64,000 bases of DNA from Nitrososphaerales archaeon (GTDB lineage Archaea > Thermoproteota > Nitrososphaeria > Nitrososphaerales > UBA213), in NCBI GenBank assembly GCA_965197925.1, contig CBDAOC010000019.1, positions 192,001-256,000 on the forward strand, given 5' to 3'. How positions within the stretch are numbered: the stretch's first letter is position 1; each line of letters opens with the position of its first letter. A model generated the notes under the pieces. It was not told where the DNA came from, did not search any database, and was given only the letters and a program-made list of their open reading frames with translations. The position numbers and the translations under genes were made by a program. Below are positions 21,238 to 31,062 of this stretch, piece by piece.

Positions 21238-22998
21238 ATGTGGTTTTCCATAATCGTGGAAATTTTTGAAATGATGGAGAAGACAACTAAGCGCCTCGAA
21301 CTTACGGATCACTTAGTAATGTTATTCAAATCCACGACAAGAGAACTTATCGATAAAGTGATCTATTTAATTCAAGGCAAGCTTTATCCTGATTACGAAG
21401 GAGTCGAATTAGGAATTGCGGGAAAACTTGCAATGAAAGCAATTTCTTTTTCCTCTGGCTTAAGTGTAGATAATATTGAACAGATGTATAGGAAGATTGG
21501 CGATATTGGGAGTGTAGGTGAAAAGGCATTGAAAATGAAGTTACAAACCACACTGTTTCAAGAAGATATTACAGTTGAAAGGGTTTATTCAACACTCGAC
21601 AAAGTTGCTGGCTTTATTGGAGAAAGGTCTCAGGATATGAAATTGAAACATATCTGCAGCTTGCTCAACGATTCAACCCCTGTAGAGGCTCGCTATATAT
21701 TGAAAGTTATAACGGGAAAATTGCGATTGGGTATTGCGGATTACACTGTACTGGATGCACTTGCAATTGCTTTCACAGGTAAGAAAGAAAACCGAACAGT
21801 ACTCGAACGCGCTTACAATGTAACCAGTGACCTTGGTTTGGTTGGTAAAACTATTGCCATTAATGGCCTAGATGCTGTAAGGGCTATAATGATCGAGGAA
21901 TTTAGACCCATACGATCCATGTTAGCTGAAAGAGTTTCGAATGCAGAAGAAGCGCTTGAAAGGATGAATGGCAAATGTGCGGCTGAATACAAGTTGGACG
22001 GAGAACGAATACAGATTCATAAGTCTGGAAATAAGATTATGTTGTTTTCTAGACGCCTTGAAAACATAACGAACCATTACCCAGATGCAATAGACGTAAT
22101 GAAAGTGTCAGTCAATGTACATGATGCCATATTGGAAGCCGAGGCGGTTGCAATAAATCAAGATACCGGGGAGTATTTACCATTTCAGGAATTAATGCAT
22201 AGAAGAAGGAAGTATGGTATTGAAGAAGCTGTTAAGAATTATCCCATATCTCTGAACTTTTTTGACATTCTTTATAAGAACAAAGAAGATTGCACTAATT
22301 TAGAGTATGAAAAAAGAAGGGAAGTGCTCGAGAGAGTGATCATAGAGGATTCCAAAGTTAGAGTTGTTCCCATGATCATTAGTAATGATAAAAAAACGAT
22401 AGAAGACTTTATGGAGCAAGCGATCGGCGAAGGATGTGAGGGTTTAATGATAAAGGATCTTAAAAGTAACTATAGGGCAGGAGCAAGGGAATTTGCTTGG
22501 ATAAAACTAAAGAGAGAATATAGGAGTGAAATCGTAGATACACTAGATCTAGTAATAATAGGTGCTTTTTATGGGCGAGGAAGAAGGGTGGGAAAGTATG
22601 GAGCTTACTTACTTGGATCCTATGATATTGATGATAATTTATTCAGAAGTATTTGTAAAGTAGGAACTGGTTTCACAGATGAAAATCTTACAAATTTTCA
22701 TTCCATACTAAAAAAGTACATAATACCTCGAAAACATCTTAGGGTAGATTCTAAGTTAGAAGCTGATGTATGGTTCGAACCACATATTGTCATAGAAATA
22801 ATTGCTTCGGAAATAACATTAAGTCCACTACATACATGTGGTATAAACATGATAAGCCAGGGTATTGGCTTAGCTCTCAGATTTCCGAAATTCACCGGTA
22901 AACTACGAGAAGACAAAGATGCTCAAGATTCGACAACGACGCAAGAAGTAGTAAATCTTTATAAGAAACAGCTCAAAGTTGTGAAAGAAGAATTATGA
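21238..22998 (+). CDS. lig: ATP-dependent DNA ligase
   Basis: EYKLDGER motif I, EGLMIK, WIKLKREY, ALRFPKF. Confidence 0.97.
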   Translation: MWFSIIVEIFEMMEKTTKRLELTDHLVMLFKSTTRELIDKVIYLIQGKLYPDYEGVELGIAGKLAMKAISFSSGLSVDNIEQMYRKIGDIGSVGEKALKMKLQTTLFQEDITVERVYSTLDKVAGFIGERSQDMKLKHICSLLNDSTPVEARYILKVITGKLRLGIADYTVLDALAIAFTGKKENRTVLERAYNVTSDLGLVGKTIAINGLDAVRAIMIEEFRPIRSMLAERVSNAEEALERMNGKCAAEYKLDGERIQIHKSGNKIMLFSRRLENITNHYPDAIDVMKVSVNVHDAILEAEAVAINQDTGEYLPFQELMHRRRKYGIEEAVKNYPISLNFFDILYKNKEDCTNLEYEKRREVLERVIIEDSKVRVVPMIISNDKKTIEDFMEQAIGEGCEGLMIKDLKSNYRAGAREFAWIKLKREYRSEIVDTLDLVIIGAFYGRGRRVGKYGAYLLGSYDIDDNLFRSICKVGTGFTDENLTNFHSILKKYIIPRKHLRVDSKLEADVWFEPHIVIEIIASEITLSPLHTCGINMISQGIGLALRFPKFTGKLREDKDAQDSTTTQEVVNLYKKQLKVVKEEL

Positions 22999-23081
22999 AA
23001 AGAAAAATACGATTACATGGTAAAAAAATTGTCTTCAATTTATAGGAAGAGTTATTAAATAGATTAGGCTTTTTATGAAAT

Positions 23082-23732
23082 ATGTACAGTGGAGAGCTGG
23101 AAGTTCAGGCTAAACGGAAGGCTTTGGCGGTTTTGCAGGATGAAATAACTAAACTATTGAATGCCGGACGTGATCTCTCAACAGTTTATTCACATTTGAT
23201 AAATGGTGACTCTAAAGATTTGCATGTCTATCTGGAAAAGATGCGTAACACTGAAGAAGAGGTGGAAAATCTTAGAAGAAAAATAACCAGAGATGTATCG
23301 GAAATTGGAAGCTTGATGATGAACAGGGAAGACATTCTGAGAACAGCTTATCTAATGGATGAAATTGGTGGTTTTATGAGTGGTGTTGGTTTTAGGCTAT
23401 CTGTGATAAAACCAAGTGTTCTTAAGAAGGAATTTAGCAATGAGATTCAGTCTCTTGTAGATTTGGTCGTAGAAGAATTATTCAGACTAAATGAAATGGC
23501 AAGAGCATTGAGTATGAGTCCTCTTAATGCAATAGAAATTGCACCTGCAGTTCAAAAATTGGAGAGGCAAGTGGATGAAAAATATAGACTTTTAACGATG
23601 AAAACATTAAATGAAGTTTCTAGTGTGAAAGATATGCTATTGGTAAAGGATGTTATAGAGGGCATCGAAGGACTATCAGACAAGTGTTTAGAGACTTCTG
23701 ACTCCTTCAGTATTTTGGCTTTAAGCATGTAG
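23082..23732 (+). CDS. PhoU-like DUF47 phosphate-transport-regulator family protein
   Basis: Two helical repeats, E..VE.LRR / NREDIL / LERQVD / D.C. Confidence 0.75.
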   Translation: MYSGELEVQAKRKALAVLQDEITKLLNAGRDLSTVYSHLINGDSKDLHVYLEKMRNTEEEVENLRRKITRDVSEIGSLMMNREDILRTAYLMDEIGGFMSGVGFRLSVIKPSVLKKEFSNEIQSLVDLVVEELFRLNEMARALSMSPLNAIEIAPAVQKLERQVDEKYRLLTMKTLNEVSSVKDMLLVKDVIEGIEGLSDKCLETSDSFSILALSM

Positions 23733-23742
23733 ATATAATATT

Positions 23743-24294
23743 ATGAAGATTAGAGGCGAGCTTGTAGAGAATAGGATAGTCATATGGAATCTTGAGCAAT
23801 CTAGAAATTTATTTGAAGAAGGATTTTTTGGTAAACCACTGGGGGTATCTAAACCAAAAGGGAGTGACTTCAATTCACCTTTAATTCTTGACCTTATCGA
23901 AGGTCACTATCTTATTGAACAAAATAAACTTACTATTTACAAGAATAATGTACGCAACTTGGTTTCAATAAAAAAAATGAATTCCATATGCAAAAAAGAA
24001 TATGAGGACTTTGAAAGCAAGTATCTTGTATTCACTGAACTACGTAGAAATGGTTATGTTGTTACTCCGGGTATAAAGTTTGGCTGTGATTTTGCGGTTT
24101 ATGAACATGGACCTGGGATAGATCATGCACCATATCTAGTACAGGTTGTAAGGCCAACGGATATGCTTACTGCAACTTCGATCATACTTGCTGGAAGATT
24201 GGCTACAACTGTAAGGAAACAATTCATAATAGCCAGCCCCAAACTTAAAGAACGAAAAGTTGAATTTGTGTCATTTGATTGGTGGAAAGCTTGA
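23743..24294 (+). CDS. endA: tRNA-intron endonuclease
   Basis: GIKFGCDFAVYEHGPGIDHAPYLV and GRLATTVRK with catalytic Y/H/K. Confidence 0.95.
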   Translation: MKIRGELVENRIVIWNLEQSRNLFEEGFFGKPLGVSKPKGSDFNSPLILDLIEGHYLIEQNKLTIYKNNVRNLVSIKKMNSICKKEYEDFESKYLVFTELRRNGYVVTPGIKFGCDFAVYEHGPGIDHAPYLVQVVRPTDMLTATSIILAGRLATTVRKQFIIASPKLKERKVEFVSFDWWKA

Positions 24295-24327
24295 TTGCCT
24301 TGATTAAGTTTGGATGGTTAATTATGT

Positions 24328-24362
24328 GAGGCTTGGGCGTAATTTAGCTCGAAACGATATCT
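24328..24362 (+). mobile_element. isolated TIR/left end of IS family B
   Basis: gaggcttgggcgtaatttagctcgaaacgata, matching 36307ff and 4785ff. Confidence 0.75.
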
Positions 24363-24495
24363 AGAATATCAAAACATCAGGTCATACTAGTGGACATTAT
24401 ACCACTGACTTTCTATTAGGTAACGATTGAATAAAATGCCCTTTAAATCTTTCAAGAGTTGGTAGTTTCGATGTTATTTATTCTTTGGTCCACCA

Positions 24496-24716
24496 GAAGG
24501 TTCAACCCTACATTATGTTGTGATAAACCCACCGTAAGCTCACCAGAAACCACCTTTTTTGTTTCTAATCAAGTTCGACAGTTAACATGAATAACCAATG
24601 GTATTATTTTTACAGGAATCGCTAAGCCATTCGCCTATCGAAGGTTCTATCCTCAATTATACTGTAATAAACCCACCAAAAGCAGACCAAAACCCACTTT
24701 TTCTTTTTTCTAATAA
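24496..24716 (+). repeat. two diverged direct repeats (period 144 bp), each a gene 3' end plus T-rich terminator
   Basis: EGSTLHYVVINPP* (24496-24537) and EGSILNYTVINPPK (from 24640), each followed by a similar ...aaaccac/ccac-T-run-ctaat. Confidence 0.6.
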
Positions 24717-24970
24717 TAGTCTAGTTCCAGCGGTTCAGAATAGTTCTACATGAGCATTAGGTGTCTATGGGACAGACGGTTGTCTTGCTCTATTGCAGAG
24801 ACCATGACCCCGACGGAGTTAGAATCTCTGACTTTTTTAGGTCAAACTTGGAGAATTAATAATTTTTAATGGGAAGACGGAGAAGATGGTTACGACGTTG
24901 AAAACCTGGAGATAAAAAGATAGGAGAAAGAGACAGTATCTCCCCCTTTTTTCTTCAAAAAGAATTGTTT

Positions 24971-25582
24971 TTAGATAATTGTTTCGCAAGTTATGTTTGG
25001 TGCATCGCATACATCAATGTCCATTCCGCCTTCTGTATAGTCGCCATCGCCGCTACCAATCAATCTGTCATCGCCCGTGCTGCCAAAAAGTCTGTCGACA
25101 CCATCGTTACCTTTGAGAAAGTCATTTCCTGGTCCGCCTTGTATCCAATCGTTACCATCGTTACCTGCTGCAAAGTTATCACCTTTACCAGCACCAATAA
25201 AGTCCCTGTCTGGACCGCCGAAGATTCTATCATTATCCTCATTTCCATTCAAGTTATCTGCACCACTTCCTCCACTTACCAAGTCTTCACCAAGACCAAC
25301 ATTTACAAGATCGTTACCAGCTCCACCAAATATCCTATCATTCTCATCGTCGCCACATATTCTGTCGTTTCCACCAAGACCTTGTATAAGATCATTGCCT
25401 GCCTTGCCTTTTATTACGTCATCACCAGGGGTTCCTATTATCTCGTCATCGCCATCAGTTCCTATAATAATTACTTCTTCACCAAAGCACTCAGGGACTG
25501 CCATTGAAGGTATAGGTGCCATAACTGTACCAAAAACTCCTAATGTCAATATTGCGAACATCAGTGTATCTACTTTGTTCAT
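24971..25582 (-). CDS. secreted RTX/hemolysin-type Ca2+-binding repeat protein
   Basis: Signal peptide, then a long run of GGxGxDxIx nonapeptides flanked by Cys-containing caps. Confidence 0.9.
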   Translation of the reverse strand: MNKVDTLMFAILTLGVFGTVMAPIPSMAVPECFGEEVIIIGTDGDDEIIGTPGDDVIKGKAGNDLIQGLGGNDRICGDDENDRIFGGAGNDLVNVGLGEDLVSGGSGADNLNGNEDNDRIFGGPDRDFIGAGKGDNFAAGNDGNDWIQGGPGNDFLKGNDGVDRLFGSTGDDRLIGSGDGDYTEGGMDIDVCDAPNITCETII

Positions 25583-26030
25583 TGCTTAAATCACCACCAA
25601 CTTTCTAATAACTGCTCGTGGATAATACGATCGATTATTCCTTATCATATATTCCCATTTTTTAATATAGAAAATAATATTGTTAGTTATGTAGTTCAGG
25701 GTAAATTTGTCATATTTAGTCTAGCAAAGAGCCCGAATGTAGTGAGCGAATAAAGTGAGTGAGCGTTAAGCGTAGTTCGGACATGCGGGTAGTCTCTGAA
25801 TTTTCTTGAAACATCTAGGACACTGCGGATTTGTTAAGTTAGCCAAAAAAGCCAATCCAAAAAAACCGAGAAGTAAGGATGCTAAGGCTTCTCATAGGTC
25901 GTCATCCTTAGACATATAAAATACTGGAGATATATCCTGTTAAGCCTTTTGGATTTTCTTATTCCTGTTAACTATGAATGATAGAATCAAATAGTTCTCT
26001 AGTTCTAATTTTCTCGTATCTAAACCAAAA

Positions 26031-26260
26031 TTGGATAATTATATATTTTTCGAGTTTCTTACTAATGTCAATGAAAGCAAAAGGATTGAAGGTTTTCTTG
26101 GAATTCCTGGAATCTCACGTAATGGAAATTTATACTTACCCAGTGAACTAGCAATACAAGACGGTGAACCAGTTCCTATAGATTGGGATCATGTAGCCAA
26201 AACACTAGGACAAGCTACACTACACTGGGATGAAGAATTGCAGCAATTAAAGATAATATT
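26031..26260 (+). pseudogene. HK97-type prohead (maturation) protease-like fragment, truncated by an IS end
   Basis: IEGFLGIPGISRNGNLYLPSEL...DGEPVPIDWDH..TLG matches the G..SRNG..Y...L...PI.W.H..IG pattern of caudoviral prohead proteases; sequence switches to an IS-B end at about 26258. Confidence 0.55.
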
Positions 26261-26331
26261 CGAAGAAGTATGGAGTTTGAGTTAAACACATCAACAATAA
26301 AAACAGGAACCTGAGCTGATCGTTTCGATTC
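26258..26331 (-). mobile_element. internal left-end fragment of IS family B
   Basis: Reverse complement tcgaaacgatcagctcaggttcctgtttttattgttgatgtgtttaactcaaactccatacttcttcgaata matches 4808-4875 and 36329-36400. Confidence 0.7.
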
Positions 26332-26408
26332 AGGAAGGACCTGAATACATATTGATGTTAATATATGCAGTAACATAATTCTTATCCAGCTTGCCAAAGT
26401 ACAGACAT

Positions 26409-27050
26409 TTACTCGGGAATATGAATGGCAACATCCGTTACTGTGATCCCGGGCTTGTTGAGGAATGGTTCATCTGTATACTCCCTCGTCCCTGCTATGT
26501 AGCTTCTAGGACTGTACCAGTTTTTAGTTACTACAATTGTATGTTTACTACCCCTGCCCATAATCCGATGTATGCCATATACTCCTATACAGAAGGCCCA
26601 GAAGAGGTCGTCATGCATATTTGATGGATGTGTGAACCTTATCATGCCTGATTGCATCAAATCTCTTTCTTGCTCTTGTAGCTGCTTCTTGAGCTGTTTA
26701 GCTCCTTTCTTTGGAAGTGTTATCCTCTATTCCTGCATAAGCCTAATAACAGTCTCGATTATCTCTACCCTCTTTGGGTTTGATAGGGTTATACCCTCAA
26801 CAAGGAGATTCTTGGCCTTCAGCATATCAATGAACACGTTACCCATGCCAGTCTGATCGAGGAATATCTTCTTTAAGTGATATTTTTTATGCAAAGATTC
26901 GACATAGTTCGCTACTATAGTGTAGTCAAGTTGCAGTTCATTCAGAGCGACAAGTTTGATTGTATTACCCATCCTTTCCAGCAAGACAATGCCAAAAAAG
27001 TCATGTTGTTTGGCAGGATCTCCATCAAGATAGTATTCTGTGCTAGTCAT
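26409..27050 (-). pseudogene. terminase large subunit nuclease (RNase H-like, Terminase_6C-type) domain gene with one internal TAG
   Basis: YYLDGDPAKQHDFFG, IFLDQTGMGNVFIDML, ITLSNPKR; in-frame across TAG 26727-26729: RITLPRKGAKQLKKQL...HPSNMHDDLFWA. Confidence 0.8.
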
Positions 27051-27074
27051 TAGATCTCCTCGAGTAAATAGTCC

Positions 27075-27428
27075 TCTTCCATACCTTCTCGAATACTCCA
27101 ATGCTAACCCATTCCTGAAATCTTATATGGCAAGTTGAGCCAGAACCAAATTCTTTCGGCACCTTCTTCCACTGACATCCAGTTCTTAAAACATACAGTA
27201 TTCCATTCAACACTTTTCTAAATAGCACAGCTGGTCTTCCAACTGTTCTTACCTGTTTCTCTGGTAGCAACACTAGTTTGAACTCTTCCCATAGATCATT
27301 TGGTATACGTCATATGGTCGGCATGCTCTTTTTCTTAGCTTTTCTCACAAATTTAGCTAGAGATAACAGATCTAGATCTGTTTCGGTATAAACAATTAGG
27401 CTGTGATGTTAATTTTCGGATAGGCTCT
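27075..27428 (-). mobile_element. truncated IS5-family element, family D (left end plus transposase N-terminus)
   Basis: TIR gagcctatccgaaa; ILYVLRTGCQW..VPKEFGSGSTCHIRFQEW (DUF4096-type); TGG>TGA near the start. Confidence 0.85.
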
Positions 27429-28281
27429 TAATCAATACAAACCTCAAACCCAGCGAATTGATTCTTCCCTAGATTTGAATATGAATGTTCTGTTTAAACA
27501 GAAACACGTATTTTGATCAAATATTTCTATTTAAAAGTTAGTGACAATATTTTTTTGGTGTCATAGATCTTGTTGCATTTCTAGATTCCTAAATTGCCAC
27601 TTGGTATTCTCAGTTAACTTGCACAAGAATCAATTGTAACATGTTGACCATTTCTTGAATAATATAAATATGGAAATAAGAGAATATTTCTAGAAACCCT
27701 GTTAATTGTTCAACAATCTAAAGATGCGTGTGACAACCTTCACAGTTAAAGAAGTTCAATTTTATCAATGTTAGGAATAGTTGTGCAAAGCAGTAGTTGC
27801 TAAACTTGTCTCATTCCAGCCTTGCATTCATCGATAAAGCATTTTGTTCTCTCATGAAAGTTAATGATGTAAGAATAACAAAAATTCTTGTTGCAAACCA
27901 ACTATTCTACTCCGTCTCAGAAGATTTTTCCCATAGGATTAAAATTTGATTCACTCAATTAATATTTCATCATAAACCTAGAGGTGGTCTTGAATATCAA
28001 ACAAGTACATCTGGACCACATGGTTTAACAGCATTCCAACTCTAATAGGAGTTTTGTCCAAGTATTGCCTCCTGTGCTTCTGTTGAAATTTTCCATCTGA
28101 ACTAGATGCAGGCTTGTTAGTACATGACAGGTATAAAGATAGTATTTTCTGTTTTATGGACAGTGGTGGTTCACAAGGAGGGGGGCTTATTCACCCTCGA
28201 TATACTGAATCATAAACCCTGATGTTTAATATTTAATCAAAATTTTTCTATAGTAAGAGCCCCAATCGATTATTAGCTTGG

Positions 28282-29733
28282 CTATATAACTCTCAATTTC
28301 AGAGCCTCTGGCCTTGACAGAGGATTAGGTTCTTCTAGGCTTTTCCATACGAATATTTCTATTTTATAATCACCCTGTTTTTCCGGTATCCAGAATATTG
28401 TAGGATTATTACTCTCTAGGGGATCTAACGACATACCCTTTATCCACGTTATCAATACTGTAAATCCTTCAGCATTCTTCACTTGCACTATGTAAAGTAG
28501 AGATACTGCTTGGCTTTCATTACTTGTAAGTGTAGACTTTATACCTACTGGAATACCCATTGAACCTTCATCGATTTTTTCTCCTAGTTCGTTAGAAAGA
28601 GATGATGATTGCAATGAAATTGGAAGCAATTTCGTTGCTAATTCACTAACAGTGAAAGAATCTTTTACTTGTAAACCTAAGAACGTTGCAATGATACCCC
28701 ATTCACCAGCAATTGCTCCAGGCCCACCAATCCTAAACTCATAACTGAAGTTGCCATCCAAATCAGGGGTTATTTGACCAAAATTGTGTATTACTCCATT
28801 AGGATTCATGACATTTATGAGAACCGGTCTTCCCTTTATCAGGGGCTTGGCTGTACCCGTAATGACTGTGAAATCTCCCAACGTATATTCACTCCGGTCC
28901 ATCCTCATAATCAGATCTGCAGACATACTTACCTTTGTTGAAACAGTAATGGTAGCAGTTATTGTTTCTCTTAAATAGTCCGCCTTGTCAGCCAGCACGG
29001 TAACCTTGTGAAGGTTTTCTGACAGAGCAGGAGAGGTAAAGAAATAAGACCCAATCCCCCGGTGTATGGGGGTTATACCAGTTGACCCGAAGAATACCTC
29101 CAATTTATCAGGATCGATTAGCTGACCTTCGGGATCTCTAAATGTAACAGAAATTTGTGCCGATTCGTGTGCAGCGTACATCTGCTTGTCGGCCTGAATA
29201 ATAACATCAAGGCGTAGTGGTTTTAATTGAACTATATATCCTCGACTGGTTGATTTCGCATTGGTAGAACTTCCGTCATATACGGCCGATATCTGAAGTT
29301 TTAAGTTTTCTAATGCCCCAATCCCTTCCTTTACTTTATATACACCAATTTCCTTGAATTTTTTAGCACTTACTTTCCATTCGAATATGAAGAACCCATC
29401 TTCGTCTGATTTGGATGTTGCTAAAACGATAGGATCTTGTGCATTGTTGAAATTATCTATAAGCTTTATTTCAGCATCCGGCAATGCTTGGAGGTACCTG
29501 CCATATGGAAGCTCCATAAGCCTACCATATATTAAATGAGTTTCACCAACACGTACAAGAGATGGAAAAGCGTTATCTGGATCGCCTGTTACTTTACCAT
29601 CAAAGTCTTTCTTTAACCCAAGATTTAACCGAGTTTGGGTATTACCCTGCGCATCTACAGGAGTTGTAAAGGCAAAGATGGACATCATCAATGATATTGC
29701 TATAGTTAAGGCCAAGAATTTGGAAAATTTCAT
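28282..29733 (-). CDS. secreted multi-Ig-like cell-surface protein
   Basis: Signal peptide MKFSKFLALTIAISL; DKxxY/DRSEYTLGD repeats; C-terminal YIVQVKN...WIPEKQGDYKIEIFVW..PLS domain. Confidence 0.75.
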   Translation of the reverse strand: MKFSKFLALTIAISLMMSIFAFTTPVDAQGNTQTRLNLGLKKDFDGKVTGDPDNAFPSLVRVGETHLIYGRLMELPYGRYLQALPDAEIKLIDNFNNAQDPIVLATSKSDEDGFFIFEWKVSAKKFKEIGVYKVKEGIGALENLKLQISAVYDGSSTNAKSTSRGYIVQLKPLRLDVIIQADKQMYAAHESAQISVTFRDPEGQLIDPDKLEVFFGSTGITPIHRGIGSYFFTSPALSENLHKVTVLADKADYLRETITATITVSTKVSMSADLIMRMDRSEYTLGDFTVITGTAKPLIKGRPVLINVMNPNGVIHNFGQITPDLDGNFSYEFRIGGPGAIAGEWGIIATFLGLQVKDSFTVSELATKLLPISLQSSSLSNELGEKIDEGSMGIPVGIKSTLTSNESQAVSLLYIVQVKNAEGFTVLITWIKGMSLDPLESNNPTIFWIPEKQGDYKIEIFVWKSLEEPNPLSRPEALKLRVI

Positions 29734-29831
29734 AAGAGAATTAATACTACGCGTATATAAAAGGGGTACCAACAAAATATGAACTACTAATAGTAAAAAT
29801 TAATCTCTGTGATGTGATTATCCAATTTACC

Positions 29832-30314
29832 TTACTTCAATTGCTCGTCCCATTTTCCCTCATCTATTTCCTGCAGGACTTCTTGAGGAGTCTTGCCCTC
29901 TACCTTCAAACCAATGCTTACACATGAACCCAAAACCTCTTTCACACATCCACTTAGATTGCTTGCATATGAGCCACTTATCTTCAATTTAGCAACTTTC
30001 ACTATTTTTTCGATTGACATATCCCCTACAAATTCTGTTCCAGCTTGCCCCGAACCCTTCTGGATACCAGCCTCTTTTGCCACAAGAGCTGCAGTGGGAG
30101 GCACACCTACTACAACATCGAACTCCTTTGTATCTGAATCAACCTCTACCTTTACTGGAATTTTTGTACCTGCATAGTCCTTTGTCTTTTCGTTTATCAG
30201 TTTCACAATAGAAAGGACATTTACTCCTAATGGTCCTAAAGCAGGCCCTAATGGTGGTCCTGCATTCGCTTCTCCCCCTGTAACCAACGCCGATATCGTC
30301 TTTTTATCACCCAT
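29832..30314 (-). CDS. rpl11: 50S ribosomal protein L11
   Basis: GGEANAGPPLGPALGPLG. Confidence 0.97.
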   Translation of the reverse strand: MGDKKTISALVTGGEANAGPPLGPALGPLGVNVLSIVKLINEKTKDYAGTKIPVKVEVDSDTKEFDVVVGVPPTAALVAKEAGIQKGSGQAGTEFVGDMSIEKIVKVAKLKISGSYASNLSGCVKEVLGSCVSIGLKVEGKTPQEVLQEIDEGKWDEQLK

Positions 30315-30358
30315 CGTTAATCTCCTTTGCTCAGCGAATTATAATCCTTCCTATTCTA

Positions 30359-30838
30359 CTAAGGAAGCTGTTGTGAGGTCTTCTGCACAAGTTTGAGGTA
30401 GTTAGCATCTACAGTAACAGGCAACTGATAAGGTGCATCAAGCAGAACAATGGTAGCCTCTTGCTTTTCATAGTCAACACGTGTTATCTTTGCTTTCATG
30501 CCTTTGAAGGGACCTCCAGTAATTTCCACAGTGTCATCAACAGATAATTCTGTAACCGTTGCCTTTTTGATCAGAAATCCTTCTATATCCTTGAATTGTA
30601 GTTCACCTCTGATCTGACCTCTAACATGTCTTACACCTGTAAGAACTTCATAAACTACATTGGCGTCAGCAGCTTCTATCACAATATAACCTTTCAGGTT
30701 ATCTAATACAAGTATGGATTGAATATCAAGTTTTTTTATTGCAACTCTGTTTTCTAGCAATTTGGCTACAACGTGTTCCTGACCACCAGTAGTACGGATC
30801 GCAAAGAACTTTGAGTCGGATTCAGAAATCAAAGTCAT
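30359..30838 (-). CDS. spt5: transcription elongation factor Spt5 (NusG)
   Basis: FAIRTTGGQE, LKGYIVIEA, KOW motif VEITGGPFKG. Confidence 0.95.
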   Translation of the reverse strand: MTLISESDSKFFAIRTTGGQEHVVAKLLENRVAIKKLDIQSILVLDNLKGYIVIEAADANVVYEVLTGVRHVRGQIRGELQFKDIEGFLIKKATVTELSVDDTVEITGGPFKGMKAKITRVDYEKQEATIVLLDAPYQLPVTVDANYLKLVQKTSQQLP

Positions 30839-31023
30839 CCTCCGCTGAAGGAGATCAGGGATGATATAAACTGAATCACAAAGCCTATGGCGCCTACTAC
30901 CACAAGGCCCAGCAGAACCAATTTAAGATGAATCTTGTATTCTGTCCAAGTGCCCTTTTTTGCAAGTTTTAATGTGTTATACATATCTCTGAATTTTTTC
31001 TCTAGATTAATCTCCAGTTTCAT
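30835..31023 (-). CDS. secE: protein translocase subunit SecE (Sec61 gamma)
   Basis: LKLAKK.T..EY...LKLVLLG...VGAIGF; adjacent to spt5. Confidence 0.88.
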   Translation of the reverse strand: MKLEINLEKKFRDMYNTLKLAKKGTWTEYKIHLKLVLLGLVVVGAIGFVIQFISSLISFSGG

Positions 31024-31062
31024 TTCAACGACTATAAATAAACTGAGTTTTATATTTCTTTC

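Noticed and set aside
24496..24716. DGR template/variable repeat pair
   Set aside because: Mismatches include C/T changes and are not confined to adenines; no reverse transcriptase in the window
24965..25589. Two long plus-strand ORFs (180 and 170 aa)
   Set aside because: Shadows of the repetitive RTX gene on the minus strand
27430..28280. Possible further pseudogene fragments
   Set aside because: All frames I read are stop-ridden and no family motif was recognisable
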